A DNA stretch of 64,000 nt from an uncultured Bacteroidota bacterium (GTDB lineage: Bacteria > Bacteroidota > Ignavibacteria > UBA10030 > UBA6906). The stretch covers positions 192,001-256,000 of the forward strand of contig CAVOYH010000003.1 of NCBI GenBank assembly GCA_963700635.1. Direction: 5' to 3'. Position 1 is the stretch's first letter, and the number at the start of each line of letters is the position of its first letter. Of this stretch, positions 19,115 through 28,492 are shown piece after piece. The notes beneath the pieces were generated by a model that was given only the letters and a program-made list of their open reading frames with translations, ran no database searches and was not told where the DNA came from. A program made the position numbers and the translations under genes.

Positions 19115-20557
19115 CTACACCATACTCAGTAGTGTCTGGAACATTTCGTCTGCAGTATTCACCAATCGCGCCGCCGCATCAAAGGCACGCTGAAACCTGA
19201 TCATGTTCGTCATTTCCTCATCCAGGGACACACCGGAGACCGCATCGCGCTGGCCGGCCAGCTGACCGATGACCAATTCCTGCGATTCGATCAACACGTC
19301 TGCCGCGTTCACTTGCGATCCGATCTGCGTCACACTCTGATTGTAGTATTGCGAAAGGGAAAGACCATCAAACAGTGTAGCCCCGCCGGAATCGGTGATC
19401 GGCTTACGATTGAATGCTTCAGCAATAAGCAGGGCAATATCATTGTTGCCTGAAGCGGTTGTGGATGAAGAGGCTGCAATGTTGGCGATGCTCGGACCTG
19501 ATCCTGCAGCTGCGCCCCCTGAGGTATCCGTCAGGTCTAAACCTATCGTCGCAGCGCTGGTGCCCATAAAGAAGTTGATGCCGTTGAGCGGTGGGTTCTG
19601 AATACCGTAGCCCGCGGCATGGTGGCGGTTTACCTCGGCGATAAGCCCTTCGGCCAGGCGATCCAGTCGGCCGAGAGCATTGGGAATAGTCGTGTTGTAC
19701 GATTTCAGGAGTCCGCCTGATTTCCCGCCGGTCAGATTGAGTTCGTTTCCCAGCTCGGTCACAACCCGTAGTTGCTCAAAGGATGATCCGGATGCCGTGG
19801 TGGTGGTTCCCGGAACCACACGCAGCCGCAACGAAGCGCCGTTGTCGGCTATGACGCTGCCACCGAGCACGACCATGACGGATCCGCGGTCGTCTTCATT
19901 CACCTGGATATTGGCAAGCGTCGACAGTTCTTCCAGTTTTGTATCGCGGAGGTCTTTCATGTCGCCCGTATTCATCCCACCGACGGCTGCCGCGGTGATC
20001 TGAACGTTGAGCTTGCTGATCTCGTCCGTCAGGGTATTAATCCGGTCAATCGTGGACCCGACCTCATCGCGTATCGAGTTACGAAGGGAGGTCATGTCGG
20101 TGCTCAAACGGCGGAACGTATCCGTGACCTTCTTGCCTTCCACCATCAGGGCATTACGCAAAACAGAGTCTTCGGGGTTTGTCGAAAGGTCGTGCCATGA
20201 ACGGAAAAAACCGTTCAGCACGCCGCTCAGCCCCGAGCTTGAAGGTTCGTTAAATGTTGCCTCGATCTGGCTCAGGATCTGATATTCCGATCCGGCCATG
20301 CTGAGCGAGGAGCTTGATGAGCGTATCTGCTGGTCTACAAACTGGTTTCGCAGCCGCGACACACTCTGCACCATCACGCCGGTCCCCAGCAGTCCTGACT
20401 GTGTTTGTGTTGGAGAGGTCGTGACGAAGTCAGCGCGCTGGCGTGAATAACCCGGCGTGCTCGCGTTTGCAATGTTGTGTCCGGTCACGCTCATGCCATA
20501 CTGCTGGGCGAGCAATGCGCGGCGTGCAGTTTCCAGTACTTGTGATATTCCAGACAT
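19115..20557 (-). CDS. flgK: Hook-associated protein FlgK (HAP1)
   Basis: GHNIANASTPGYSRQ, GTGV, SGVSLDEEMTNMIRFQRAFDAAAR. Confidence 0.95.
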   Translation of the reverse strand: MSGISQVLETARRALLAQQYGMSVTGHNIANASTPGYSRQRADFVTTSPTQTQSGLLGTGVMVQSVSRLRNQFVDQQIRSSSSSLSMAGSEYQILSQIEATFNEPSSSGLSGVLNGFFRSWHDLSTNPEDSVLRNALMVEGKKVTDTFRRLSTDMTSLRNSIRDEVGSTIDRINTLTDEISKLNVQITAAAVGGMNTGDMKDLRDTKLEELSTLANIQVNEDDRGSVMVVLGGSVIADNGASLRLRVVPGTTTTASGSSFEQLRVVTELGNELNLTGGKSGGLLKSYNTTIPNALGRLDRLAEGLIAEVNRHHAAGYGIQNPPLNGINFFMGTSAATIGLDLTDTSGGAAAGSGPSIANIAASSSTTASGNNDIALLIAEAFNRKPITDSGGATLFDGLSLSQYYNQSVTQIGSQVNAADVLIESQELVIGQLAGQRDAVSGVSLDEEMTNMIRFQRAFDAAARLVNTADEMFQTLLSMV

Positions 20558-20578
20558 CAGGGTCTCTCCTCTTAATCG

Positions 20579-21037
20579 TTACACACGGTGATCGACAAGT
20601 TGTCGCGTGTGATCGTCGGTCACGAGACGTAACGTGTCTTGCACAAATCGAAGTGACCGCTGGAGCAGCATCCGGTTCTGGTCGTTCATGTGCAGGATCC
20701 GTTCGACCACCGTCCGGAGCCGTTTCGCCATTGTGGAGATCCGTACGGCGTCTCCCGCTGCGAGAAAGTCCAGCAGTTCAACGACAGTAATATCACGCTG
20801 TTTACCGACGGGGAGAGATGAGGTATCACCCACCAGTTCGGCCGTCAGCCGCGCGCGTTCCGCTTCCAATTCCCGGAAGGGTGTAAGGAGTTTGTCCTCC
20901 TCGACTACCAACGACGAGAGGATATCACTCTGGAGCCCTACAATGGACCGTTGTTTACGGCTGAGCAGAAGAAGCAACGCCTCGCCAACCTCCACTTCGG
21001 TCTCCATGACCCGTTCGAGTTCTTCAATTTTCGTCAT
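20579..21037 (-). CDS. flgN: Flagellar export chaperone FlgN
   Basis: Helical 152-aa protein with N-x2-N-x2-LL-x2-SL and C-terminal LVDHRV, immediately upstream of flgK. Start set at MTKIEE. Confidence 0.8.
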   Translation of the reverse strand: MTKIEELERVMETEVEVGEALLLLLSRKQRSIVGLQSDILSSLVVEEDKLLTPFRELEAERARLTAELVGDTSSLPVGKQRDITVVELLDFLAAGDAVRISTMAKRLRTVVERILHMNDQNRMLLQRSLRFVQDTLRLVTDDHTRQLVDHRV

Positions 21038-21971
21038 TGGTGCCTGACTCCTGTTGTTCAAAGTGGCGCAGATACTGGAGCACTTTACCGACATATGCCT
21101 GTGTTTCTTTGTAGGGAGGAATCCCCTTGTGCTTTTCAACGGCACCCGGACCCGCATTATAGGACGCAAGCGCGTGTTCCACGTTTCCCCGGAACCGATT
21201 CAGTAGTTGACTCAAATACTTGGCGCCACCGTTCACGTTCTGCTGTGGATCCCAGACGTTTCGCACACCCATGGCGGCTGCCGTGGAGTCAATAAGTTGC
21301 ATCAATCCCTTCGCCTGCTTTGATGATTGGGCGGTCGTACGTCCGGCGGACTCCGTAGCAATCACGGCTTTCAGCAAACTGGCATCCACGCCGTGCATTT
21401 CTGCAGCATCGCGGATAATCGGGGAAAGCGCTTCCATACGGCGGCGGACCGTATCGGGAGGCGCTGCGGACGTTGTGCTTATCGTACCCATTCCACTTAC
21501 CGCTGACTTCGGGAGCGTTTCATGCCGCGCCGGAACCGGGGCCGACCCGGGTGTTCCTGCACCATCGGACCGGGCAGCAGGTTTTGCTGCGACACCAGCC
21601 CGGGCAGAAGCAGGGACGGCCGCGGACACCGACCCGGCCCGGGTGACCGGATGTGACGTCGGGGTCATTGTGCGCGGCATTTCTTCTCCTGTGATTTCCT
21701 TGTACAACATCTCCCCCAGGCCAAGATTGCTCCCGCGGGATACATGGCGGGCCAGTTCGACGTCAAACATTCCCTCCAGCATATCCCCGCCATAACTCTC
21801 ACCGAACATCTCATCTTTGGGAATGCTCGAACGCATGCTCTTGAGCATGTAGCCCACCAGCACGGCCTCAAACTCCTTCACCGCGTGCTGTAGGCGGAGT
21901 TTCTGCTTTGCATCCAGCGGTTGCTGGGTCTGCGCAGCCTGCGTCTGTTGTGTGGAACTCACCGGTGCCAT
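21024..21971 (-). CDS. flgJ: FlgJ-like rod-binding domain fused to an SLT (GH23) lytic transglycosylase
   Basis: N-terminal EFEAVLVGYMLKSMR...GLGEMLY. C-terminal AVIATES, AKGLMQL, GGAKYL, ALASYNAGPGAV, ETQAYV. Confidence 0.85.
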   Translation of the reverse strand: MAPVSSTQQTQAAQTQQPLDAKQKLRLQHAVKEFEAVLVGYMLKSMRSSIPKDEMFGESYGGDMLEGMFDVELARHVSRGSNLGLGEMLYKEITGEEMPRTMTPTSHPVTRAGSVSAAVPASARAGVAAKPAARSDGAGTPGSAPVPARHETLPKSAVSGMGTISTTSAAPPDTVRRRMEALSPIIRDAAEMHGVDASLLKAVIATESAGRTTAQSSKQAKGLMQLIDSTAAAMGVRNVWDPQQNVNGGAKYLSQLLNRFRGNVEHALASYNAGPGAVEKHKGIPPYKETQAYVGKVLQYLRHFEQQESGTNDEN

Positions 21972-23071
21972 TAGATTATTACCAGCTCCGCGTTAAGTGC
22001 GCCCGATCGTTTGAGAGCCTGAAAGATCGCGATGATGTCTCGCGGTGTCACCTTCAGCGCATTCAGTGTCTTCGCCACATCCTGCACCGTCGCAGCACCG
22101 TCGAATGCCATCACGGTTGCGGAATCCTCCGAGGCATACACGGCGGTGAGCTGCGTCGAGACTGTTTGTCCCTGCGAAAATGGACTCGGCTGGGAGATTA
22201 CCGGCATCGATTCAATTTCAATGTTCAACCCGCCGTGTGAAATCGCAGCAGGCAAGATACTCACCGCTCCCCCGACGACGATCGTACCCGTACGCTCGTT
22301 GATGATAACCTTCGCGGTGACATCCGGCGTCACTTCCAGCAGTTCCACGAGGGAGATAAACTCCACCAGACGCCCGTCGGTACGGTACGCCTGCGGAACG
22401 AGGATGGCGATCCGTGAAGCGTCTTCGGGAATGGCGATCCGTTCCCCGATCTTCGTGTTGATGGCTCCCGCAATCCTCGTTGCCGTGGTAAAATCCGCTT
22501 CCATCAGGACGACAGCAATGGTTGAATCCTGTGTGATGGTTGCCTGCACGGCACGCTCCAGAATTGCCCCGCCGGGAATCCTGCCTGTTGCGGTGTGATT
22601 CCGGCGCACTTCGTTTCCGTTCGCCCGGACACTCATGCCCCCGACCGAGAGCGGGCCCTGTGCCATGGCATAGACAACACCGTCGATCCCGGACAGCGGG
22701 GTCAGCAACAACGTTCCTCCCTGCAGACTCGTCCCATCACCCAGAGACGACACGACGACGTCCGCGGTTCCTCCCTCTTTTGCGAATCCCGACACGGTCG
22801 CCGTGATCATGACAGCCGCGACATTCCGCAGACGAAGATCACTCTGCGGCACGGTGATCCCGAACCGTTTTAGCATGCTGGAAACGGACTGGAGGGTGAA
22901 CGTCGAGCGTTGGGTGTCACCCGTCCCATTCAGCCCGACGACCAATCCATACCCGATCATCTGTTGGCTCCTGACACCGTGGACGTAGGCGATATCTTTG
23001 ATCCGGATCGCTCCCGTCGCCTCTGCACAGAGAAGCACAACACCGATAACAATCACATGTATCCTGTTCAT
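21971..23071 (-). CDS. flgI: Flagellar P-ring protein
   Basis: RIKDI, GYGLVVGLNGTGD, NVAAVMIT, SLQGGTLL, INERTGTIV. Confidence 0.95.
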   Translation of the reverse strand: MNRIHVIVIGVVLLCAEATGAIRIKDIAYVHGVRSQQMIGYGLVVGLNGTGDTQRSTFTLQSVSSMLKRFGITVPQSDLRLRNVAAVMITATVSGFAKEGGTADVVVSSLGDGTSLQGGTLLLTPLSGIDGVVYAMAQGPLSVGGMSVRANGNEVRRNHTATGRIPGGAILERAVQATITQDSTIAVVLMEADFTTATRIAGAINTKIGERIAIPEDASRIAILVPQAYRTDGRLVEFISLVELLEVTPDVTAKVIINERTGTIVVGGAVSILPAAISHGGLNIEIESMPVISQPSPFSQGQTVSTQLTAVYASEDSATVMAFDGAATVQDVAKTLNALKVTPRDIIAIFQALKRSGALNAELVII

Positions 23072-23082
23072 GTCACCCTCTC

Positions 23083-23658
23083 TCAAAAGAGCCAGTGTAA
23101 CAACTTCGTGATCCAGCCCGGTCCCTGCGCCCGCGCCACAATACCCCCTCCTTCAAACGCTATCCGCGCGTCTGAGATGTTATAGGAGTAGATGCTGTTG
23201 TCGGCCTGAATGTCGGAGGGACGTACGATGCCCGTGATCGAAATGATCTGTTCTTCGCCGTTGATGATGATCGTACGGTTTCCGGTGATGACCAGGTTGC
23301 CGTTCGACAGGACCGAGTCTACCCGGGCACTGATGCGGGCCCGGATCGATCCGCGGGAAGACGTTGCGCCTTCGCCCTTGAAGGAGTTTCCCGAGCCGAC
23401 ACCGAGCGATACATCGGGGAGGGCCGTTGATCCTGTTTTTCCCGCCGCCGAAAGCGAGAGATTGCTCGCCCGTTCGGCAGAGGTGCTTGCGTCATTGGAT
23501 GCGCTTGAGACCTCCACCACGAGTACGGTGACGGCGTCACCGCTCTGCGTCGCCTTCTGATCGGCAAAGAGTGATCGTCCGATATTGCTGCGCATATCCT
23601 GTGCCGTGAGAGAAACGGCACCCGCCAGAAGTAATGCCGCACACAACCGCGTTTTCAT
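23083..23658 (-). CDS. flgH: Flagellar L-ring protein
   Basis: SLFADQKA..GD.VTV, NGNLVITG, GIVRPSDI, PGWITKLLHWLF. Confidence 0.92.
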   Translation of the reverse strand: MKTRLCAALLLAGAVSLTAQDMRSNIGRSLFADQKATQSGDAVTVLVVEVSSASNDASTSAERASNLSLSAAGKTGSTALPDVSLGVGSGNSFKGEGATSSRGSIRARISARVDSVLSNGNLVITGNRTIIINGEEQIISITGIVRPSDIQADNSIYSYNISDARIAFEGGGIVARAQGPGWITKLLHWLF

Positions 23659-23671
23659 ATTCCTTTCCTTC

Positions 23672-24397
23672 CTAATCGGCCAGAACGGCTACGGTGCGTT
23701 CGTTATGAACTCGGGCCTTTAACCGTTCACCACGTCCGCGTACTGATACGTCAATCACATCACCCCGATGGCCGTCTTCCCGTGCCACCCCCTCGGCCGT
23801 CACGGTCACCGCCCCCGCCTGCACGCGCACATTCACCCGGTCGCCCGCCTGTACTATCGGGACAGACTCGAACAGATCTTCATAGAGGATGCTCCCCTGA
23901 GAAACGATCCGCCGCGTCCGTTTCTCCGCAAGGGAAGCCGGATCCACAGCGAACGGACGATCAATGGACGTCGTTTCCATCCGGAGCACGGCTACATGAT
24001 CTGCCGACGGCGTAGTCCGCCTGGGAATCATCCGGGCTGCAACAAGAACGTCGGCGTAGGTGCGGACCACCGCCGTTATCATACACCGCTGCGCTGATCT
24101 GGCTCCACATTCAATCACAACCACGAACGACACGGCGCCTTTGAACCGCGTGGACCGGCCTGATTCGACGTGCAGTGTGTAGTCGGAGCTTTCCACGCGG
24201 ATACTCTCGGGAACGGAACGGAAGGTGAGTTCGGTATCTCCGTCCACTTCCATTGATCTCTCCGCGATGAATGCACGAACAGCATCCTTCAGCTCTCCTG
24301 CACGGACAACCGGCCGGTCTCCCGCCACAGCCTGCGGGAGAGACAGCAGCAAGAACCCGATCATGAGGGTCGCCGTTATGTGGTGACGCTTATCCAC
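23672..24397 (-). CDS. flgA: P-ring formation chaperone FlgA
   Basis: Signal peptide, SAF-like region, VQAGDRV...GVAREDG..GDVI; lies between flgG and flgH. Confidence 0.85.
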   Translation of the reverse strand: MDKRHHITATLMIGFLLLSLPQAVAGDRPVVRAGELKDAVRAFIAERSMEVDGDTELTFRSVPESIRVESSDYTLHVESGRSTRFKGAVSFVVVIECGARSAQRCMITAVVRTYADVLVAARMIPRRTTPSADHVAVLRMETTSIDRPFAVDPASLAEKRTRRIVSQGSILYEDLFESVPIVQAGDRVNVRVQAGAVTVTAEGVAREDGHRGDVIDVSVRGRGERLKARVHNERTVAVLAD

Positions 24398-25181
24398 GTT
24401 TGATGTTATTTGCGATGTTCAACATGTCTTCGACGGTTTTGATCGTCTTGGCATTGATTTCGTAGGCGCGTTGTGCCGTGATCATTCCCACCATTTCTTC
24501 CACAACGTCCACATTGGAAGACTCCAACATCCCCTGGAGAAGTTCGCCGAACCCTTCGCTCCCGGCGGAGCCCACAATCGGCGCACCCGAGGCCGTCGTT
24601 TCAACAAACAGATTCCCTCCGATTGATCTGAGACCGGCCGGATTGATGAACTTTGCCAATTCAAACTGTCCGACCTTTGTGGATTCTCCCCCGCCCGAGG
24701 AGGTGGCCTCGATGGTCCCGTCACGGCCTATCGAGATCGTCATGGTATCATCGGAAAACGTCATCGAGGGCTCCACAAGGTATCCCTGGGCGGTCACCAT
24801 TGACCCTTCGCCCGAGATCTTGAAAGCTCCGTCACGCGTATACGCGAGCGTCCCGTCGGGACGCCGGACCTGGAGGAAGCCTTCACCTTCAATCGCAACA
24901 TCCAGCTGATTCTGGGTGGGTTGGATGTCACCCTGGAGGAAACTTTTCATGGTGGACACAGGAACCGCACCGGTACCGACCTGCAGTTCCATCGGCTGCT
25001 GTACATTCGGATTCTGCGACGTCCCCGTGCTTTTGAGGGTCTGGTACATCAGATCCTGGAATTCCGGCCGGCTTTTCTTGAAGCCTGTCGTGTTTACGTT
25101 CGCCAGGTTATGGGCGATCGTATCGATATTGAGCTGTTGGGCAAACATTCCGGTTGCCGCAGTACGCAATGCTCTGTTCAT
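24390..25181 (-). CDS. flgG: Distal rod protein FlgG
   Basis: AATGM.AQQ, ANVNTTGFKK, FQDLMYQ, YTRDGAF, LESSNVDVVEEMV. Confidence 0.95.
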   Translation of the reverse strand: MNRALRTAATGMFAQQLNIDTIAHNLANVNTTGFKKSRPEFQDLMYQTLKSTGTSQNPNVQQPMELQVGTGAVPVSTMKSFLQGDIQPTQNQLDVAIEGEGFLQVRRPDGTLAYTRDGAFKISGEGSMVTAQGYLVEPSMTFSDDTMTISIGRDGTIEATSSGGGESTKVGQFELAKFINPAGLRSIGGNLFVETTASGAPIVGSAGSEGFGELLQGMLESSNVDVVEEMVGMITAQRAYEINAKTIKTVEDMLNIANNIKRG

Positions 25182-25207
25182 CTGGTGTGCCTCTCTCCTT
25201 GTGGTTG

Positions 25208-25951
25208 CTACATCCGGCCGATATCCATCGTCCGGTCCAGAGTCGCGTCCTGCGACTGAATCATCCTTTGATCTGCTTCAAAAGCCCTGCTGAGCTCAAT
25301 CATGGCTATCATTTCTTCGATTCCTTCTACATTCGATTCTTCAAGGAATCCCTGACGTATGGAGACAGAATCCGATGGAACATCGCGCAGCATTTCACCC
25401 TGGTTCAGGAACAGAAGTGATTCATGATCCTTCTGGAGTGCCGTGGGGTTTTCCGCTGCAACGACCCGCAGGGTCCCGAGGGGCTCATTGTTATGCACGA
25501 CCTCTCCCGTCACATTAATCGCGATCGTATCCTGCTTGATTTTGTCCGTCTGCGGCATCTGAATCCGGCCTTTTGTTCCCAGCACAGGATATCCTTCCGC
25601 GGTAACGAGCGTGCCATCGGTGCTCAAGGAAAAGTTCCCGTTCCGTGTCAGCCGCATGCCACGAGGGGTCTCCACGGCGAAGAAGCCGTCACCCGCCAGC
25701 GCGAGGTCAAACGGATTCCCTGTCTGACGCAGTGCCCCGGCCGAGAGGTCGATATACCGCTGGGTCTCCACGCCGCTGAGATCTGAGCGCCCGTCTGGAC
25801 GGGCATTGGAAGACTCCTCCAGCATCCGGACAAACACTCGATCCCGTTTGAAGCCCGTGGTGTTGATGTTGGCCAGGTTGTTGGCGAGCACTTCCATGCG
25901 TGTCATTTTGGGCCGCATGGCCGCCTCTGACGAGTAGATGCCTTTGATCAT
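25208..25951 (-). CDS. flgF: Proximal rod protein FlgF
   Basis: ANNLANINTTGFKRD, TGNPFDLAL.GDGFF, TRNGNF, QGFLEESNV. Confidence 0.9.
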   Translation of the reverse strand: MIKGIYSSEAAMRPKMTRMEVLANNLANINTTGFKRDRVFVRMLEESSNARPDGRSDLSGVETQRYIDLSAGALRQTGNPFDLALAGDGFFAVETPRGMRLTRNGNFSLSTDGTLVTAEGYPVLGTKGRIQMPQTDKIKQDTIAINVTGEVVHNNEPLGTLRVVAAENPTALQKDHESLLFLNQGEMLRDVPSDSVSIRQGFLEESNVEGIEEMIAMIELSRAFEADQRMIQSQDATLDRTMDIGRM

Positions 25952-27117
25952 TGGTGATCCTCCTTCTTCTCCACCACCTGTCCCATGGATTTCAATTTCA
26001 CCGCGAGATCGAATTCCCCTCTTCCCACGCCCAGTTTCCGGGCTGCATGAAGTTGTTGGGTCTTCGTCGTGGCACGGGAAAGAACGGTTTCCATCCGGCC
26101 GGACGTGAGCGTTGGTTCTGTCTGTTCGTGAAAGCGCCGTGCAAGTGTAATCTCTTCGCTCCCCCGCTTGAACGTGCGCGCAAGCTGCAGCGAAGTCTCC
26201 CGGCCATTATCATGCTCTTGTGACTCATCTTCGATCAGGGCGCTGGAAAATGTGTTTCTTCGCGTCGTGCCCGTTTCTTCGTACGCATCGCCGGCAGCAA
26301 TCCCTTCAGGATTCGCCGGGAGTTCAGCGAAGGCAGTGGCGGCCCGGGGGAGCCTTGATTTCCCTGAACGGTGAGCTTTCCGCTGACGCGCCAGATACCA
26401 GGCGCCGAGCATGAGCCCTGTTGAAACCGAGCTTAGCCCCACACTCAGGAGTATGACAAACCCTGTTGAGAATCCGGACACCTGCGTATCCGCCGTCGAA
26501 GGGCCATTGGGAGAATACTCATGCGGGCTATCAGGCTCCATCTGGCGTCGGGCGACAGCCGGGATATCGACAAGAGGGCTCGTGGATGCCTGTCCGGGCG
26601 GTTCCTCTGCCGACGTGCGTGCAGGCTGAGTGCCGGCCGTGGGTCGCGCGGCTGTTCCGGCTTTTGTCGCTGTCGGAGCTGCAGGAGGTGGTGACGTGAT
26701 GCGCTCCGGCGTGCGCCGGACGATGTCACGTCCGTCAACCTCAACAAAGAGTTCGTTTCCGCTGGATGGCCGTACACAGCGGTACGTACTCCCCTCAACG
26801 ATCATCATGCTTACCACAAGGCTGTCGGATGCCGGGCTTGCAAAGGAGATACTCTCCAGCGGACCTGACGGGATGAGCCTCCGCTGGATTGTTCCCGGCG
26901 TTGCGGGCCGTGTACGCGAGAAGATCAGCCGTACGGCTCCTTTTCCCTGTTCTGTTGAAAAGCGCACGTCACCGGAAAACGCGAAGGTCACCTTGGTCCG
27001 ACCACTGTGTGTGGTGTAACGAACGTCTTTGAGGAGTGTTGTCTGGTCCGCACACAGGTGTCCCTGCGCAAGCACCAGAACAGCAACGACCAGAACGACA
27101 CTTGGCAGGCGCATCAT
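25948..27117 (-). CDS. Signal peptide + AMIN-like domain + Pro-rich linker + TM + C-terminal small HTH-like module (DUF6115/DUF2802-like)
   Basis: N-terminal beta-rich LKDVRYTTHSGRTKVTFAFSG region, TM GFVILLSVGLSSVSTGLMLGAWYL, C-terminal AARKLGVGRGEFDLAVKL. Confidence 0.6.
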   Translation of the reverse strand: MMRLPSVVLVVAVLVLAQGHLCADQTTLLKDVRYTTHSGRTKVTFAFSGDVRFSTEQGKGAVRLIFSRTRPATPGTIQRRLIPSGPLESISFASPASDSLVVSMMIVEGSTYRCVRPSSGNELFVEVDGRDIVRRTPERITSPPPAAPTATKAGTAARPTAGTQPARTSAEEPPGQASTSPLVDIPAVARRQMEPDSPHEYSPNGPSTADTQVSGFSTGFVILLSVGLSSVSTGLMLGAWYLARQRKAHRSGKSRLPRAATAFAELPANPEGIAAGDAYEETGTTRRNTFSSALIEDESQEHDNGRETSLQLARTFKRGSEEITLARRFHEQTEPTLTSGRMETVLSRATTKTQQLHAARKLGVGRGEFDLAVKLKSMGQVVEKKEDHQ

Positions 27118-28478
27118 CGTGGTGCCCTCCAGACCGGCAAGAATATCGTGAATGTTGTCCCCTTCGCCTCTTCACTTTCGACCCGGATTTCGCCTTTATG
27201 CTGGGCGATGATTTTGCTGCAGATCGCAAGGCCCAGTCCGGTTCCCTTTTCCCCTTTTGTGCTGAAAAACGGTTTGAATATTTTTTCCTGAAGATCTTTC
27301 GCAATGCCGTGTCCGGTGTCGGAGAAACTGACACACACATGGAATCCCGTCAGTGTTGAGGACACGCCGATCGTTCCTCCTCCAGGCATCGCGTCGCGCG
27401 CATTGATGAGCAAATTAAGAAACACCTGCTGGAGATAGTTGGCATTCCCCCCGACGGCAGGAAGATCCTGTGCAAGTTTTTGTTCGATGGTGATCCCGTT
27501 TCCCTCGAATTCATGCTGCACCATCATCACAATGTCTTCGATCGCTCTATTGACGTCAATCGGCTCCGTGACGACCTCCTCGGATGCGTTCCGGGAGAAG
27601 TTCATGAGGCGGAGAGTGATGTCGGAAAGCCGTTTTACCTGTTTGCTGAACATCTCGATCCAATTGGGCAGGGGTCGGCCGGCCTGTACAAGTTCGAGAT
27701 GGAGCATCAGCACCTGCAGGGGATTTTTGATTTCATGGGCGATCCCCGCGGCCAGCTCGCCGATAGCGGCCAGTTTTGCTGCCTGTACCATTTGCGCCTG
27801 CGACGCCTTGAGTTCGTCGTTTGCCTTCAGGAGCTGCTGATATGTTCTCCAGTTTTCCACGCCCACCGCGGCCTGGTTGGCAAGCACCGACAGGAGCTGG
27901 ATGTCCTGATTCGAAAACTCCTGCTGGGGTTTTTCGGTGTGGATGATGAAGACCCCGATGCCCTGGCTTCGCAGGATCAGGGGCACGATCACAAAATTTC
28001 GCGCGCTGCTCTTCGCCAGCATATGTTCCAGGTCCGGGATGATGACCGTCTTCTTTTCCGAGATCACCCAATCCACGATCCCTGCCTCCAGCTGGTGTTC
28101 CGCCTCGGCCTGAAGCCGGGGTGCGCTTTTTGACGAAAGAGGCAGCAGGTGTCTGGAAGTTGACTGGAACAGGAAGATGTTACTGTCAAGCACCTGAATC
28201 ACCTGTCGCGCAAGCTCGAGCAACGCACTGACGATGAGTTCCGGCTCGGTTGCCGTGCTGATGATATTTGACAATCGTTGTGTGGCGACCAGTTCATCGA
28301 TGGAACTACGGATGGCCAGATTGTTCTGGTTAAACTGCACGTTATCCTGCCGCAGGATATCAATTGTTTTTTCGAGCGCCTTGATGTACGTCTCACGGCT
28401 CTCGATGAACTGCTCGAATTGGGGTAGACCCTCTTCAAGGAGCTGCATCCGGTTTTTTTTCTTCGGGACAGATTCCAT
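27114..28478 (-). CDS. Cytoplasmic GAF-domain sensor histidine kinase (NtrB-like)
   Basis: GELAAGIAHEIKNPL H-box, QVFLNLLINARDAM, DTGHGI, FKPFFSTK, GTGLGL. Confidence 0.9.
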   Translation of the reverse strand: MESVPKKKNRMQLLEEGLPQFEQFIESRETYIKALEKTIDILRQDNVQFNQNNLAIRSSIDELVATQRLSNIISTATEPELIVSALLELARQVIQVLDSNIFLFQSTSRHLLPLSSKSAPRLQAEAEHQLEAGIVDWVISEKKTVIIPDLEHMLAKSSARNFVIVPLILRSQGIGVFIIHTEKPQQEFSNQDIQLLSVLANQAAVGVENWRTYQQLLKANDELKASQAQMVQAAKLAAIGELAAGIAHEIKNPLQVLMLHLELVQAGRPLPNWIEMFSKQVKRLSDITLRLMNFSRNASEEVVTEPIDVNRAIEDIVMMVQHEFEGNGITIEQKLAQDLPAVGGNANYLQQVFLNLLINARDAMPGGGTIGVSSTLTGFHVCVSFSDTGHGIAKDLQEKIFKPFFSTKGEKGTGLGLAICSKIIAQHKGEIRVESEEAKGTTFTIFLPVWRAPR

Positions 28479-28492
28479 GGTCGTCGTAATGA

